A stretch of DNA of 64,000 bases from the human T2T-CHM13v2.0 reference genome, Homo sapiens. Shown piece by piece: positions 34,832 through 46,640 of this stretch. The position numbers and the translations under genes were made by a program. The stretch lies in NCBI RefSeq assembly GCF_009914755.1, contig NC_060929.1; one strand, 5' to 3'. The notes beneath the pieces are model-generated. The model searched no databases. It was not told the DNA's origin and worked only from the letters and a program-made list of their open reading frames with translations. The number at the start of each line of letters is the position of its first letter. Positions within the stretch are counted from its first letter, which is position 1.

Positions 34832-37800
34832 AAGTACTTTTGTGAGAGGAGGAAAGCTGAGGGAAGGACATGTCTAAATTGCCAAGGCCTCAGAAGAGGA
34901 GGGTATGTCAGATGAATGGCGAGGCACCTGCTGCATCACCTGAGGCCAGAGCTGGCTTCTGTGTGCTAAGCATTTCACTGCCTTCTACCTCCTCTGCCTC
35001 ACTCCTCGCACCCTTTCTTTCCAATGGTGGCTGGCGCTGTCTTCTGTCACTAAGTAAGGATGAACAAGTGAAGATGCAAAGGGATCAACGGGCAGACTGC
35101 AGTGATTAAAATTAATGGTGAGGGTTTTCTAGTTTTTAGTTGGGCAATACATTTTACACCCTGCTCATCTTAGACTCACAGCATGCAGGAGTAGGGTATA
35201 AAATATGTAATAGGGTGGGGGGTCAGAATTCGGTAGCTGCTTCATAAGAGCTTAGGACAGAACACTGCATTTGTCCTGCCTCTTCTTTGGACTGTTGAAG
35301 AAATTGAGGTCCAGATAGTTGGAGGTCGGTCACCGTGTCAGGGTCTAAGTTACCAGCAAGTTAGGCGACTCCAGTTGATGAGAACAGTCAATGGAGGTAC
35401 TGAAAGAATATCGAGTAGTACACAGCAGCTTAAGGGAAGCAAGTGTGGCCAGTAGCGAGGAGGCAAATCCTTGACAGTTCTTCAGGAGAGGCCCCTTTTA
35501 CTGCTTTAGCCACTGGCTATAGGTTAGGGCAGGGAATATCCCGCTCTGGACAGAAAACTGGCATCTTCTTGCTTCAAGTCTCTATTTAAATTTCACTTTC
35601 TAACAGAAGCTTTCCCTGGCCACTATATGTAAAACAGTAACTCCTTCCACCTACATGCACTCCCTTTCCCTCTATCCTTTATTGCTTTCCATAGCACTTA
35701 TTCCCATCTAACCATTACTGATTTATTACTTACTATTTACTTTCAGTCTCCGCCTCCAACCCCCTTCTCCATGATCCCATTTCTGAGGGGTGGAGTGTCC
35801 TCCAAAAGTTGCCTGTGCCCTCAGGAGAGGAGGTTCCCTTAGATTCCAAGTCTGGGCAAGTTTCAAAGCTCCTCCCTTGGGAACCTCATAGGGATGGGGG
35901 TGGGGTCCTGTTTTTTTCTCAGAGCTTTCCCTTTTGCCTGCAATCCAAGATCCTCAGTGAGAAGGCTCCTCCCTGGTCCCAAACCATGGAGGAAAGGAGC
36001 TTTCTAAACAAGCGAATGAACAGGTATGGAAGGAAAAAGGGCCACCGCAGGCCAGAGTCTCTGTGCTGTTTAGATACCACATTTTCAACCAAGTTTTTGC
36101 TGGCAGGCTCAAGGGACCTGTCTGCTAATACGGCTCAGCAAAGATTCCTCCTAGCTACATCCAGCCTTTCCTTCTCCTCCCGCCCCCCTCCTTTCACCTG
36201 CAGCCCACCCCCCACCCCCATCCATTTCCTAGGAAAATAAATCTCTGGGAGGAGGCAGGAAGAGTGGATCTCAGCGAACCCTTCTGAATAAATGTCTATA
36301 TTAATGAATTATTAACTCAGCCACCCGTGACCTTAAACCTACTAGAAGCAGGAGCACCCAGGGCAGAGCGGAGAGCTGCTGAATCCTTTATTGGAGTCCT
36401 GTCAAAGGCAACCGACCATTTGTTCCACTCCCCCATCAAGAAAAAATAATATGAAAGGCAAACTTTTGAATTGTATGTCAAACGGAATCAGATAGAGGGT
36501 CTCCTGGACAGAACCCCCTTCTCTCCTCCTACCCCTTCTGCTGCTCCCTCCCTACCCTGGCCTCCAGCTACATCCTTCCCCTCCCAGCTCAGGGTACAAT
36601 GGGCTTCCCAAGGATAATTTTCGGGGCGAAAATGCTCGAGAAAATGATGAATTTGGGTAATTTATCGATCCTGGCTCCTCTTCCCACTTGTTTTATTTTA
36701 GAGGTCATTAATCAATGAAGAAAAACACCACCGTGTCCCCCCGTTTGCATTTAATACACTCAAGGCTCCTCATTTATTCCTCTGGAACAAATTCCCAGCA
36801 AATATTCACCCATCGATTTGGGAGCGATGGATTTTTATAAAGGTTTGATCGCTTTCTAAGTGGTCGAAGTGATTTGTTTCCGTGGTCTTCTCAGTATTGA
36901 AGGGGGTGGGGGAAGCGGATTTGAGGGGGTGCATGTCCTTGCCGTCGGTGGGCTCACTTTCTAAAAACTATTGAGATGCGCCAGGGTGGCCGTGACCAAG
37001 CGGGCCCAGGGTCAACTGTGTGAGGGGGAAGCGCCCCTCAGAGCGCGCGCAGCGTCGGGGGTCCAGCTTACGCCGCTGCGCGCCCTTGTGCGCACCGGGT
37101 GAGGATGCCGAGCTCTGCGGGCATCCCGGAAGCCGCGGTGGAGGCAGGGGCCCCGCTCGGCGCAGTGGGCCTGCTGGGGAGGTGCAGGGGAGGTCCTGAC
37201 TCCTGGTCTATTCGCTTCCAGACTTTTTCGTTCGCTCCCGGACCTTCAGGGCTCTCCCTCAAACTTTCTCCTGCCCCCTTCACGGGAGGTTCCTGTAGCC
37301 TCTGGGCCTTAGGGTCCCGTAAGCCTCGGGATCGACTTGTGCCCGGGGTGGGTGTGGCGGAAGCTTGAATCGGATTACCCAGGTACGCCACCTGTAGACG
37401 TAGTGGGCGAGGGGGACTTTGCTACCTTCTCAGCTTCTTCCCTGGACCCCGCAGCGAGGGGAACCAAATCTCTCCCATGATAGCCCCTCTGGCGTCAGTC
37501 TGGACCGAGTGGCTACAGGTTGGACTAGGGTAGGCAGAAGATGCACTTGGCACCTTACCGAACGGTATTTGAATCCGTCTCCATTACTCATTAATGGCGT
37601 GACCTTAGGCAACCCATCTAAACTTTCCGAACCTCAGCGGTCCCCATCTACAATATGGGGGTTAATGATAATGCCTTCTCCGCATGTAGGTGGATTAAAT
37701 GGACATAAAGCGCCTACCCCCGCCCGGCACGTCCAAAACTCTCATTAACAGGTCAGCTAATCTTATTACGAGAGGAACCCTCCCTCCTCCGCTTCCCAGA

Positions 37801-39587
37801 GTGTGGGCGGCATGAGGCCACGGAAGCAGCTGCTGCAACTAGCATTTCAAAATCCAGAGACTTTCTAATGGTGGCAGGGGGTGAAAGGGTAGGGGGGAGG
37901 CGGGGTTGGGACAGGTAGAGGTAGGTTCTTTGGGACTTCCAGTCTTGGGGACCAAGCGCTTGGAACTAGCTGGGTTTGGGCAGAAACAAGAAGGCAAATG
38001 ACGGGACCGCCGCAGGAGTCCGGACTTCCATCCCTGGAGTTCACTGTCTCTCCCAGGGAACAGAGGAGTGTCCTGGTTTCTCAGCAATGAACCAGGAGAG
38101 TGTGAGAAAGAGCATTTGTTTCTTCTCCCGTGGCCCGACAAGCCACTCTTCGGCAGTTCTGCGAGCAGATTAATTGAAACGGGCCTGGAACTTCATCCTC
38201 TCCTCCCGATGGAGTTGCTGGAGGTCTGCGGACACTGCCTGGTTAGCCTCCGGGACCACAGCGCCGTGGGCTTTCCCTCGTGGTGTCTGCTTTAAACTTG
38301 GGTGCTATCAATCTATCCAACAATGACGGATGACCTTGTCATAACGACGCCAGTCAAAACATTTTCGGTCTAACTCTCTTCCAACCAACATCGAAGCATC
38401 CTGAATGAGACCCGGATGAAGTCTGAACAGCACGTTTCCCAGGTTCAGAAAACTTGAGTGGTGGGAAGAGAAAAAGAAACAAGCAGAAATCAGGAAAGAA
38501 TGGCTATTAATTGCTCAGACTGGCAAGTGCTAAATAAGTTAGGTTGTTTGGAAAAAGATAAATGCCGTTTCTTCTCTTTACGGTATGGCCAGAACCCCGG
38601 CGATGGGAAAGTACCTCCTGGGTCGGTCAATTTCACACACCCTGCCTGTGCCCTCTACCATCTACTACCGAAAATGCCAGGAAGAGCTGGGGGGCAAGTG
38701 CCTCCTTCGTGGGTGCGAGACTGCATCGAAGGGCTGCCCTGGCACAAAGTCTGGGGAGAGGACATGGTGGAGGTGGGGCTGCACTCCCACCCTGCCCCTC
38801 TAACACCAGGTTTTCGGTAGAGAAACCTATGCGTGACCTCCTGGGGCAGCCGCAGGCAGCTGACTGCAAACAGCCTCGCCCGTGTCCCGGAGCAGTTGTG
38901 CCACCAGACGTAACACTGGATACTTGTCTCCGGGCCCCAAGAAGGAGAGGGAAAGAGCCCTCCAGAAGACAACCCGAGAGGGGGTCAGCAGAGCGCTGGG
39001 TGGAGTGCAGACTCCATTGCAGCCGCCTCCCAGCCCCACGGCCAAGCTTGAGTCCCTCCAGGACCAGCTGCTCTCGGTCTCAGGACCCTCGGTCCTACGC
39101 CTCCCTGCACCGACAAGCCTCCCTCCTGGGCTGCAGACAGAGGGTTTCACTGCAGCGCGCAACCCGTCCCGCTCCGCCCCCAACTTTTCTCCCCGGAGGA
39201 TTTATGTTAGAGGTTGCGTGGCGGGCGAGTGGACTCTGGCACCCAGAAGCACTTCAGGAAAAACTGAGCCGGGCAAAAGTGCAAACCCGGTCCTGGCGGC
39301 GCGGGCTTGCTCCAGCGCGGACACCACAGCGTGTGCGGAGATGCATTCCGGTTGCCGCATTTCCACTGCTTTCAAGATCAGGGCACTGAGCTGGGACCCA
39401 GAAAAGACATATCATGGGCAGAAAGAGACAACAGGCTAGCGGCAGACGTCACGCCAAAAAAACAGGGGATGGGAGGGCGGAGGAGTTTGTGCGGGAAAGG
39501 CGCTCTGGCGATGTGGGTCGGGCCGAATTAGAACTTCCTTCTTCCCTCTCCCCTCCCCTTCTTCTGGCCTGCCTCCCCTCCCCCCTC

Positions 39588-39590
<3 letters not shown>

Positions 39591-39678
<88 letters not shown>
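39591..39678. repeat. Compound microsatellite (TC)25(AC)19 at the PRDM6 core promoter
   Basis: Read directly: TC repeats at 39591-39640 and AC repeats at 39641-39678. Confidence 0.97.
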
Positions 39679-39681
<3 letters not shown>

Positions 39682-39699
39682 ATTTTGTGCTGTCGTAAA

Positions 39700-40002
39700 A
39701 CCCACGTGTCCAGCCGGGAGGCTGCCAGAGCGTGGAACCAAGGAGCCAGGACGCGGCAGCGGCCAAGCGCAGCAGCCCACGGCGGTTGAGTCGGGCGCCC
39801 AGGTCCGTCCGCACTCTCGCGCCCTCCGCGGGCCTCCCAATTTTCTCGCTTGCAGGTCGGGAGGTTTCCGGGCGGCACAATCTCTAGGACTCTCCTCCCG
39901 CGCTGCTCAGGGGCATGTAGCGCACGCAGGGCGCACACTCTCGCGCACCCGCACGCTCACCGAGACACCCGCACGCACCCACCGGCAGCACCGAGTTTTC
40001 AG
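39700..40002 (+). other. PRDM6: PRDM6 exon 1 (non-coding 5' UTR exon); 5' boundary/TSS approximate
   Basis: CpG-rich segment directly after the (TC)n(AC)n microsatellite. It ends in a strong donor CAG|GTAAGG at 40002/40003, 480 nt upstream of the exon 2 acceptor. Confidence 0.8.
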
Positions 40003-40497
40003 GTAAGGTGAGGCTGGTCTGGGACTTAAGAGTCTAGGGCTTGGTAGATAGGAAGGTTGGTGGTCCTAGGTTGGGGGCGGGCGGCGAGACTGTTCTGCCT
40101 CCTGGCGCCTGAGGCCAACGCGGCTCGGGCGCTGCGCCACGCCGGCTCGGGTCGGCTCCGGGCGCTGGCTGAGGGCGGGGGCTGCGTCCTGCAGCCGAGT
40201 TCTACGGGGCAGCGCCCTCCTGTCGGGCCCCAGCATTGCTGGATGGGAGCTGGACGCTGCGATCGGGGAGGCAGAGCAGGGTGCACACAGCTCCCTCTGT
40301 GCGGCGCCGCAGCTTCGGAGTAAACTTTGCGCCCAAGCGGAGTTGGGAAGAGGGAGCCGCGGAACCGGGCGGCCGCCGGCTGAACCACCGGCTCGGGCAC
40401 TTTCTCCAGGGTCCCAGTGGCCCTCTTCCCGGCCCCTTTCGCCCAGCTCACGCGCCCCCTCTTCCCTGCCCTCTGCCCCCAGTTCGAGGCGCCGGAC

Positions 40498-41098
40498 ATG
40501 CTGAAGCCCGGAGACCCCGGCGGTTCGGCCTTCCTCAAAGTGGACCCAGCCTACCTGCAGCACTGGCAGCAACTCTTCCCTCACGGAGGCGCAGGCCCGC
40601 TCAAGGGCAGCGGCGCCGCTGGTCTCCTGAGCGCGCCGCAGCCTCTTCAGCCGCCGCCGCCGCCCCCGCCCCCGGAGCGCGCTGAGCCTCCGCCGGACAG
40701 CCTGCGCCCGCGGCCCGCCTCTCTCTCCTCCGCCTCGTCCACGCCGGCTTCCTCTTCCACCTCCGCCTCCTCCGCCTCCTCCGCCTCCTCCTGCGCTGCT
40801 GCGGCCGCTGCCGCCGCGCTGGCTGGTCTCTCGGCCCTGCCGGTGTCGCAGCTGCCGGTGTTCGCGCCTCTAGCCGCCGCTGCCGTCGCCGCCGAGCCGC
40901 TGCCCCCCAAGGAACTGTGCCTCGGCGCCACCTCCGGCCCCGGGCCCGTCAAGTGCGGTGGTGGTGGCGGCGGCGGCGGGGAGGGTCGCGGCGCCCCGCG
41001 CTTCCGCTGCAGCGCAGAGGAGCTGGACTATTACCTGTATGGCCAGCAGCGCATGGAGATCATCCCGCTCAACCAGCACACCAGCGACCCCAACAACC
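40498..41098 (+). CDS. PRDM6: PRDM6 coding exon 2 (exon starts 40483 with 15 nt of UTR): N-terminal low-complexity region [28 protein letters not shown]...[15 protein letters not shown] with poly-Pro, Ser/Ala, poly-Ala and poly-Gly tracts
   Basis: Acceptor cttccctgccctctgcccccAG at 40481-82, ATG at 40498, and phase-1 donor C|GTACGT at 41098/41099. The translation (ORF 40417..41106) matches the PRDM6 N-terminus as I know it. Confidence 0.96.
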
Positions 41099-44000
41099 GT
41101 ACGTAGCCGCAGCCCGCGCGCTCTCTCCCGGGGCGCCGGCGCCGGCGGGCGCGGGTGCCTGTCAGGGAGGCGGGTCGGATAGGAGTGACACGGGGCCGGG
41201 TGGGTGGGGAGCACCTGGTCCTGGCCGCTGGCCCGCGCCTCCCCGATCTCTGTGACAAAAGTTTTCTGGCGTTGGAGAAGGAAAGAGAACGGATGGGACG
41301 GCCGGTGGCACTTTGGGGTTCCCTCTCCCTCCCTCTCCTCACCTGCTTCACAGTCCCAAGTGTTTGGGGCCGGAGTCTACCGTGGACCCGGCCTAACAGA
41401 CCTCTGCCCTCCCGCCGGACAGTGCCCGGGGCCAGGCGGGTACTGGCAGCGTGTGACAGGGGGTGTCTGGGTCAGGCCCTGCCTGGCCTTAGCCGGGACG
41501 AGGGAGGGACCCTCAGCGTCTCTGGGGAGCACGCAGACCAGGGCTTGTTTTTGCTACTCTCCACCCCACCTCTGGAGGGGTCATTTTCGGGCCGCGGGGT
41601 TGTGGGGGAACCGGCGGGAGCTGTTCGCTGGCCAGGCCTCACTGGAGTAGGAATTTTAGATGAAACTGAGTCCGTTTCTCCTTGAAGGCAGGCAGTATTC
41701 TTAGATCTACTATTCATTTAAAAAGAAGGAAAAGAAAAAAAAATGACTGCTACTTACTGAGAAGAAAATTTCTGTTCTCCTCCGATTCCGCTGATCCCGC
41801 TTTATCCGCGCACCTTTGACCCCGCAAACATTCATAACCCATGTTGGTTTATGTATTTATTTTTAGAAATTAGGGTGACTGTAATTTAGTAAAAGACGCT
41901 TACTCCCCTCTTCCTCCAAGTTAATAGCAAATGCCTAACTAAACATCAGAATTCCTGTAGCTTCGGTTTCTATATTCACAATTTGAAACGCTTATCACAA
42001 GTACAGTTCCATTTGGCGGTTTTGAAGCAAAACTCTAAATGAAGATCAAGCAATATGTACTGCTTTATACCTGCTTCTTTTTGATAATTTCAGAAGTTAT
42101 ACTGTGTTTACACCTATACTGTGTTGGGAGTGTTAAACGTGCTCCCAGAGACTTCTGGAGATAACATTAAAGTGTGTTAAGAGCGTCAGATTGAAAGCAA
42201 TACAGGATTTGAAAGATCAGCATTCATTCAGCTATTTTCTTCATCTCATTCCTTCGTCTGGCTTCTGTATGAGTAAAGTTAATTTAAAACATTTATTTTT
42301 ATTCAATTTTGAATAAGTTGCTTCTTGCAAAATGTCTACCGCTCTGTGAACTTCTTAATTCGTTGTAAAAGCAAAATAAGTTCAGTTATAGCTCTTTAAA
42401 GGATTCCCTAAGTCGTTGATTTGATGAAAAAAAAACACTGGGCAACTGCCTCGTGGTTGAGGTCTATGAATATTTTCATTATGTTGGACATAGCTGTGAT
42501 GGAGATAATAATTACCAACAGAAAGAGCAATCGTATTTACTTTTTTCTTTATGAAGTTTGAGAGTAAAGCACTGGCTTAAAATAGTGGTTTCAACTCTAA
42601 TTTTGCTGTGCAGTTGAGAAGACTTGTATTTCAGAGTTTCAGAAAGTTTTACAACATTATACTCTCCCAACAGATTTCAAAAAATACTTATCTCCTACTG
42701 AATTTCTTGAATGTGTGTTTTTGAAGCAAGTATTTTAAATTATGAAATAAAAAGATTTTTAAACTGCCTTGGAAAAGGTATGTCTTACTGCTAAGTGAAA
42801 TATAGCCATTGCAGGCTGAGAATGCTTCATCAATCTTGCAATTTCACTTCTGAATTAAATATATGCTAGAGAAGTCACCAGCAGTACACCCCAAATCCCT
42901 GGCTGTGTGCTGAGCTCCTGTACTGTTTACAATGCAGTCTGGAAAATTAATACGTTTTCACCAGAGAAAACAGACTAATTCGAGAAAGAATTAGGATAGA
43001 TTCCTAATTAATATATGGGTATTGAACCAGTTTATTGCCTGGGTAACTTTTTTCTCTGGTTGGAGAAAATAAATTACAATTTTATTTAAATAATTTATAT
43101 TGTGTTAATCTTCTGGTATCTCCTTTTGAGCCAACTGGATTGTTTCAGTGTTTGAAGTGCAGGGGAAAAGACAGAAGGGAAAGAAAATTAGATTGTCCTA
43201 TTAGAGTTACACCCCACGTTGCTCACTAATTAAAGGGCAATTGAGAAAGAAAATAGAAAGCTGAGATAGCGCTGTGTAATGCTGGGAGACGAGATCTCCC
43301 ATTCTTCCAGGAACTTCTCTGGACAAGCAAGCTTAGGCACTCATTTGAAGCCATGGGATGTACTTTTACAAAGATGAAACGTGATTGAGTTTAATCTAAG
43401 TAGGGGCTTAAAACAAGTCAGAAATGCAAATAGTGGGAAACTCGTTTCCTTTGGCAGGGGAAGTTGGCATAATGGTTATTGAAAGGCTGTGAAAAACAGA
43501 AGCTTCTCCTCATTCTCGAGTTGTATGTGAGTGGAGGTGGAGTGAAAGGAAGGGTGGAGGCAGAGGGAAGCTCCTATTAATTTATCATGTATAGATTTCC
43601 CTAGTTTTTCTTTTAGTTTTTTTACCATCTCCCTCTAAAAGAATTCTGTGAAGTGACCACTTAGCATTGCTTCATTTTGTCACTTCGTACTTAAAAGGAT
43701 AGGTATTGAGTTGTTTTCTCTTTTTCTCACAAGGCGAAATAAAAAGGGCGGGATGCGGGGGTGCCTCCTTACTTCTCCCTTCCCTTTAGCAAAGTAACTT
43801 TTTGCCTAGGATCAGCAATACATATCATTGCTCTGTAAGAAAAGAACTTAGGAACACTAGTTTCACCTTGAAACTTTATTGGCATCTATGGTAAATGTCA
43901 CAGTGATGGGGCTTGTAGCTCTCTTTCGTTCTAAAAGATTTTAAAACAGCAGAAACTGCAAGCTACCCGGGTGAGCTTTTCCAGTATGTTCCTAACTCCG

Positions 44001-44913
44001 TATCAGTTTACCCTGTGACTGAAGTACAGTTTCCACCGAAGCTCTGAATGCTTTGCTGTTGCTGCTGCTGCCGCCTTCTCTTAAAAATCAAGTGGTGCCT
44101 CCTGCGATATAAATGGGGGATGGGGCCCTTCCTTCCCCGTCTAATATTACTGCCCTCATTTGCTGCTGGGCTGCCTGAAGCCATTGATTTAGTCAGGCTC
44201 CATCGGAGTGGCCTCTTCCCGGGTTCTGGGAGCTGGTGCGTTGCCTGCTCTTGAAAAGTAGAGAGAGACAGTCACAGGGCGCGCCTGGCGTTTCTGAGTA
44301 GCATCCCGGCTGTTCTCTCAGCACAGCCCATTAGTTTTTCAGGCCTTTTTTGTAAAGATGTGCTTCCCTAGGACCTGGGAGGGAGGCGGGAACTGAGCCA
44401 CTTTGGGTGTCTCGGGGGAGAGTTGGACCACTTTGCAAATTCCCCAGTTGGGGGAGGGGTCTCTGTCCCCTCCCGATTTACTGGAACCCTCCTGCGCAGG
44501 GAACAGGCTGGAAACAGCGCCGGTGTGTGCATGGGTGTGGGAGCGGGGCTTGAGGCTTCCTTGTTGGGAACACCAGGCTTTCCAAGGGTTTAGGGAGAGG
44601 GGCTGGGGAGAGAAAAGGGAGTCTGGGCCTAACACTGGTTTGTCCGGTTGCTTGCTAAGGGGTCAAGGAAAGAGACAAAGGAGGGCGAGTGTTTTCTGAC
44701 CTTCCCTAATCCCTTCCCACCCAGGTGGAAAACGCAGGTCCTGTTTGGGCAACTTCGAGCCCAGTGGCACACCAGCAGGCTTTTTGTGCAACCGAGGAAC
44801 ATCCACTGCGCCCCTTCTGCCCTGCGCCTCCTCTGTCAAAGACCAGCGAGCGCCTTAGATTGCAGACCTGGTCCGGGTGGGAGGGAGCTTTGGCTTCAGT
44901 GCGTGGGCTTTTG

Positions 44914-44916
<3 letters not shown>

Positions 44917-44952
<36 letters not shown>
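44917..44952. repeat. (TC)n microsatellite in intron 2
   Basis: Read directly. Confidence 0.95.
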
Positions 44953-44955
<3 letters not shown>

Positions 44956-45199
44956 GTGTGTGCAAGCCCAGCCTCATCCCATAACACACATGATTTAGCT
45001 ATTTTACATCTTTCGTTATCTAGCGCCCTGAAACCGAACATACAGCCATATATTAGATTGAGGTTAGAAGAGGTGGCGACTGTTTATTCAAGGTGATAAA
45101 ATGGTCCATCAGCAGTAATCTCCATCGATATGTGCCACCAGGAGATGAAGGATGAGGGGACAAGCCACAATTAATTGCCCTATAGTTTTGTAGGAGAGA

Positions 45200-46350
45200 G
45201 TGGAGCCAGCCCAGACCCGCTTCGATCTCCTCTCGCGGCTCCTATTCATCATCTCCGCATTGTATATGGCAGCCTCGCAGGGGCAGGGGCCGGCGAGGTT
45301 TATCTCTGCGCAATATTCTCTCACCCTCACAAACTGGCGCTCCCATTTAATTTATTAATACAGTCATCGGAAGACAAATAAGACCCACATTTTCTCCCTC
45401 CCACCTTCTTGCTCTCTTCTTTTTGTCTCTCCCTCTTGGTCCCAGGGTCAAGCCCGCAGCCAGGCAGGGCAGAGAACGCCCAGAGCTTTTGCGATTCGCG
45501 GGGAGCTTTAAACTCGCGTAGAGGGAGAGTTCCTGAGAGAATTCCCAGGAGCTGGGCCGCCCCGCAGGGTCGAGACTGAAATCAATTGGCTCCCCTTCCG
45601 GCGGCCAGGCAAACCTGCCTCGCCTCTGGATCTGCTTCTAGACCCGCTCCCGGGGCTTGGAAGACCCCTGCCGGGTAGAGGAGGAGGGCCGGGTGGGTGG
45701 CGGGGTGCAGTGGGGACGTCGGATCGTGGGTGGTGTCGGCGGCCACGCCTCATGTCAGAAGAGAGCCTTTCGTGGGCAGGAGCGGGGTGGGACCTTCAAA
45801 ACTCAGCCTTCGGCGCTGAGGCCTGGGCGCCCCACCCCGCCCATCGCTCCCTTTCAGCCATCCCATCTAGCCTATAGCTCGAGAAGGCAGTGGGGGGACC
45901 GCAGGCTGGAGCCCCGGGGGCGTGAACCCCACGCGAGAAGTTCGGGCCCGGATGCTCTGCCTGCCGGCCCTCTGCCCGGCTCCCCAGCCCCCACGCCCCT
46001 CCCCGCCTAGGGCGCACGCGGCACTGCCAGCAGGCGGCACTCCCGGGTCCTAGTCGCCGGGCTGGGATCGATGGGCGCCGGCCCCTCGGGTCTCGGCCTG
46101 CGAGACTGAGGGCCGCGACCTTGGCGGCGGTAGGGGAGGATTTACAGCCGGGGTGGATAGTCGCGCCCAGGCGGGGAAGCAGGCTTTTCACCTACTCCTT
46201 GCTTTCCTATATGCAGGGCGGGTGAGAGCCAACGAAGGCGTCGGGCAGGTACTGGGGAGTGAAGATGTGATGTAGCTCTCACTCCCCACGCGCCTACACA
46301 TGACTGTTGGCCTCTCCACACACCAAAAGCCCGGAAGCGTTTTATATTTC
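45200..46350. promoter_or_regulatory. Intragenic CpG island in PRDM6 intron 2
   Basis: Abrupt GC- and CpG-rich block within an AT-rich intron. Confidence 0.8.
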
Positions 46351-46640
46351 ACCTTTCCTAGAACGAGAAATGAAATTCCAGAAAAGAAAACCATGGCCTG
46401 CTTTGCCGCCTTTACCTTAAAATAGATATATTGTAAAGATCTATTGCACTTTAAAGACATTGAAACAACACAGAAGGATAGGAAATGAAGAGTGAAAGTC
46501 TGCTCTTAACTGCACTTGGCCTGGCCTTCTGATGCCAGGAGGCGAACAAGTCTGTAACCTAATGACAGCACCTTCCTTTACTCAGAGACGCTTAGACAGG
46601 AGCATTGACAGATTTACTCAAGATAGAAGAGTATTTATGA

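Larger units (their letters stand above)
36970..41650. promoter_or_regulatory. Extended CpG-island/promoter domain of PRDM6 (CpG-dense sub-blocks about 36970-37560, 38800-39530 and 39690-41650)
   Basis: Very high GC and CpG density around exons 1-2, GC boxes, and no obvious TATA box. Confidence 0.88.

Noticed and set aside
38562-39439. Long ORFs of 275 aa and 185 aa upstream of PRDM6
   Set aside because: Overlapping stop-poor frames in GC-rich promoter DNA with no recognisable domain.
40417-40497. N-terminal extension [10 protein letters not shown]... of ORF 40417..41106
   Set aside because: It starts at a GTG in intron 1 and runs through the polypyrimidine tract. The supported start is ATG 40498 after the acceptor at 40482.
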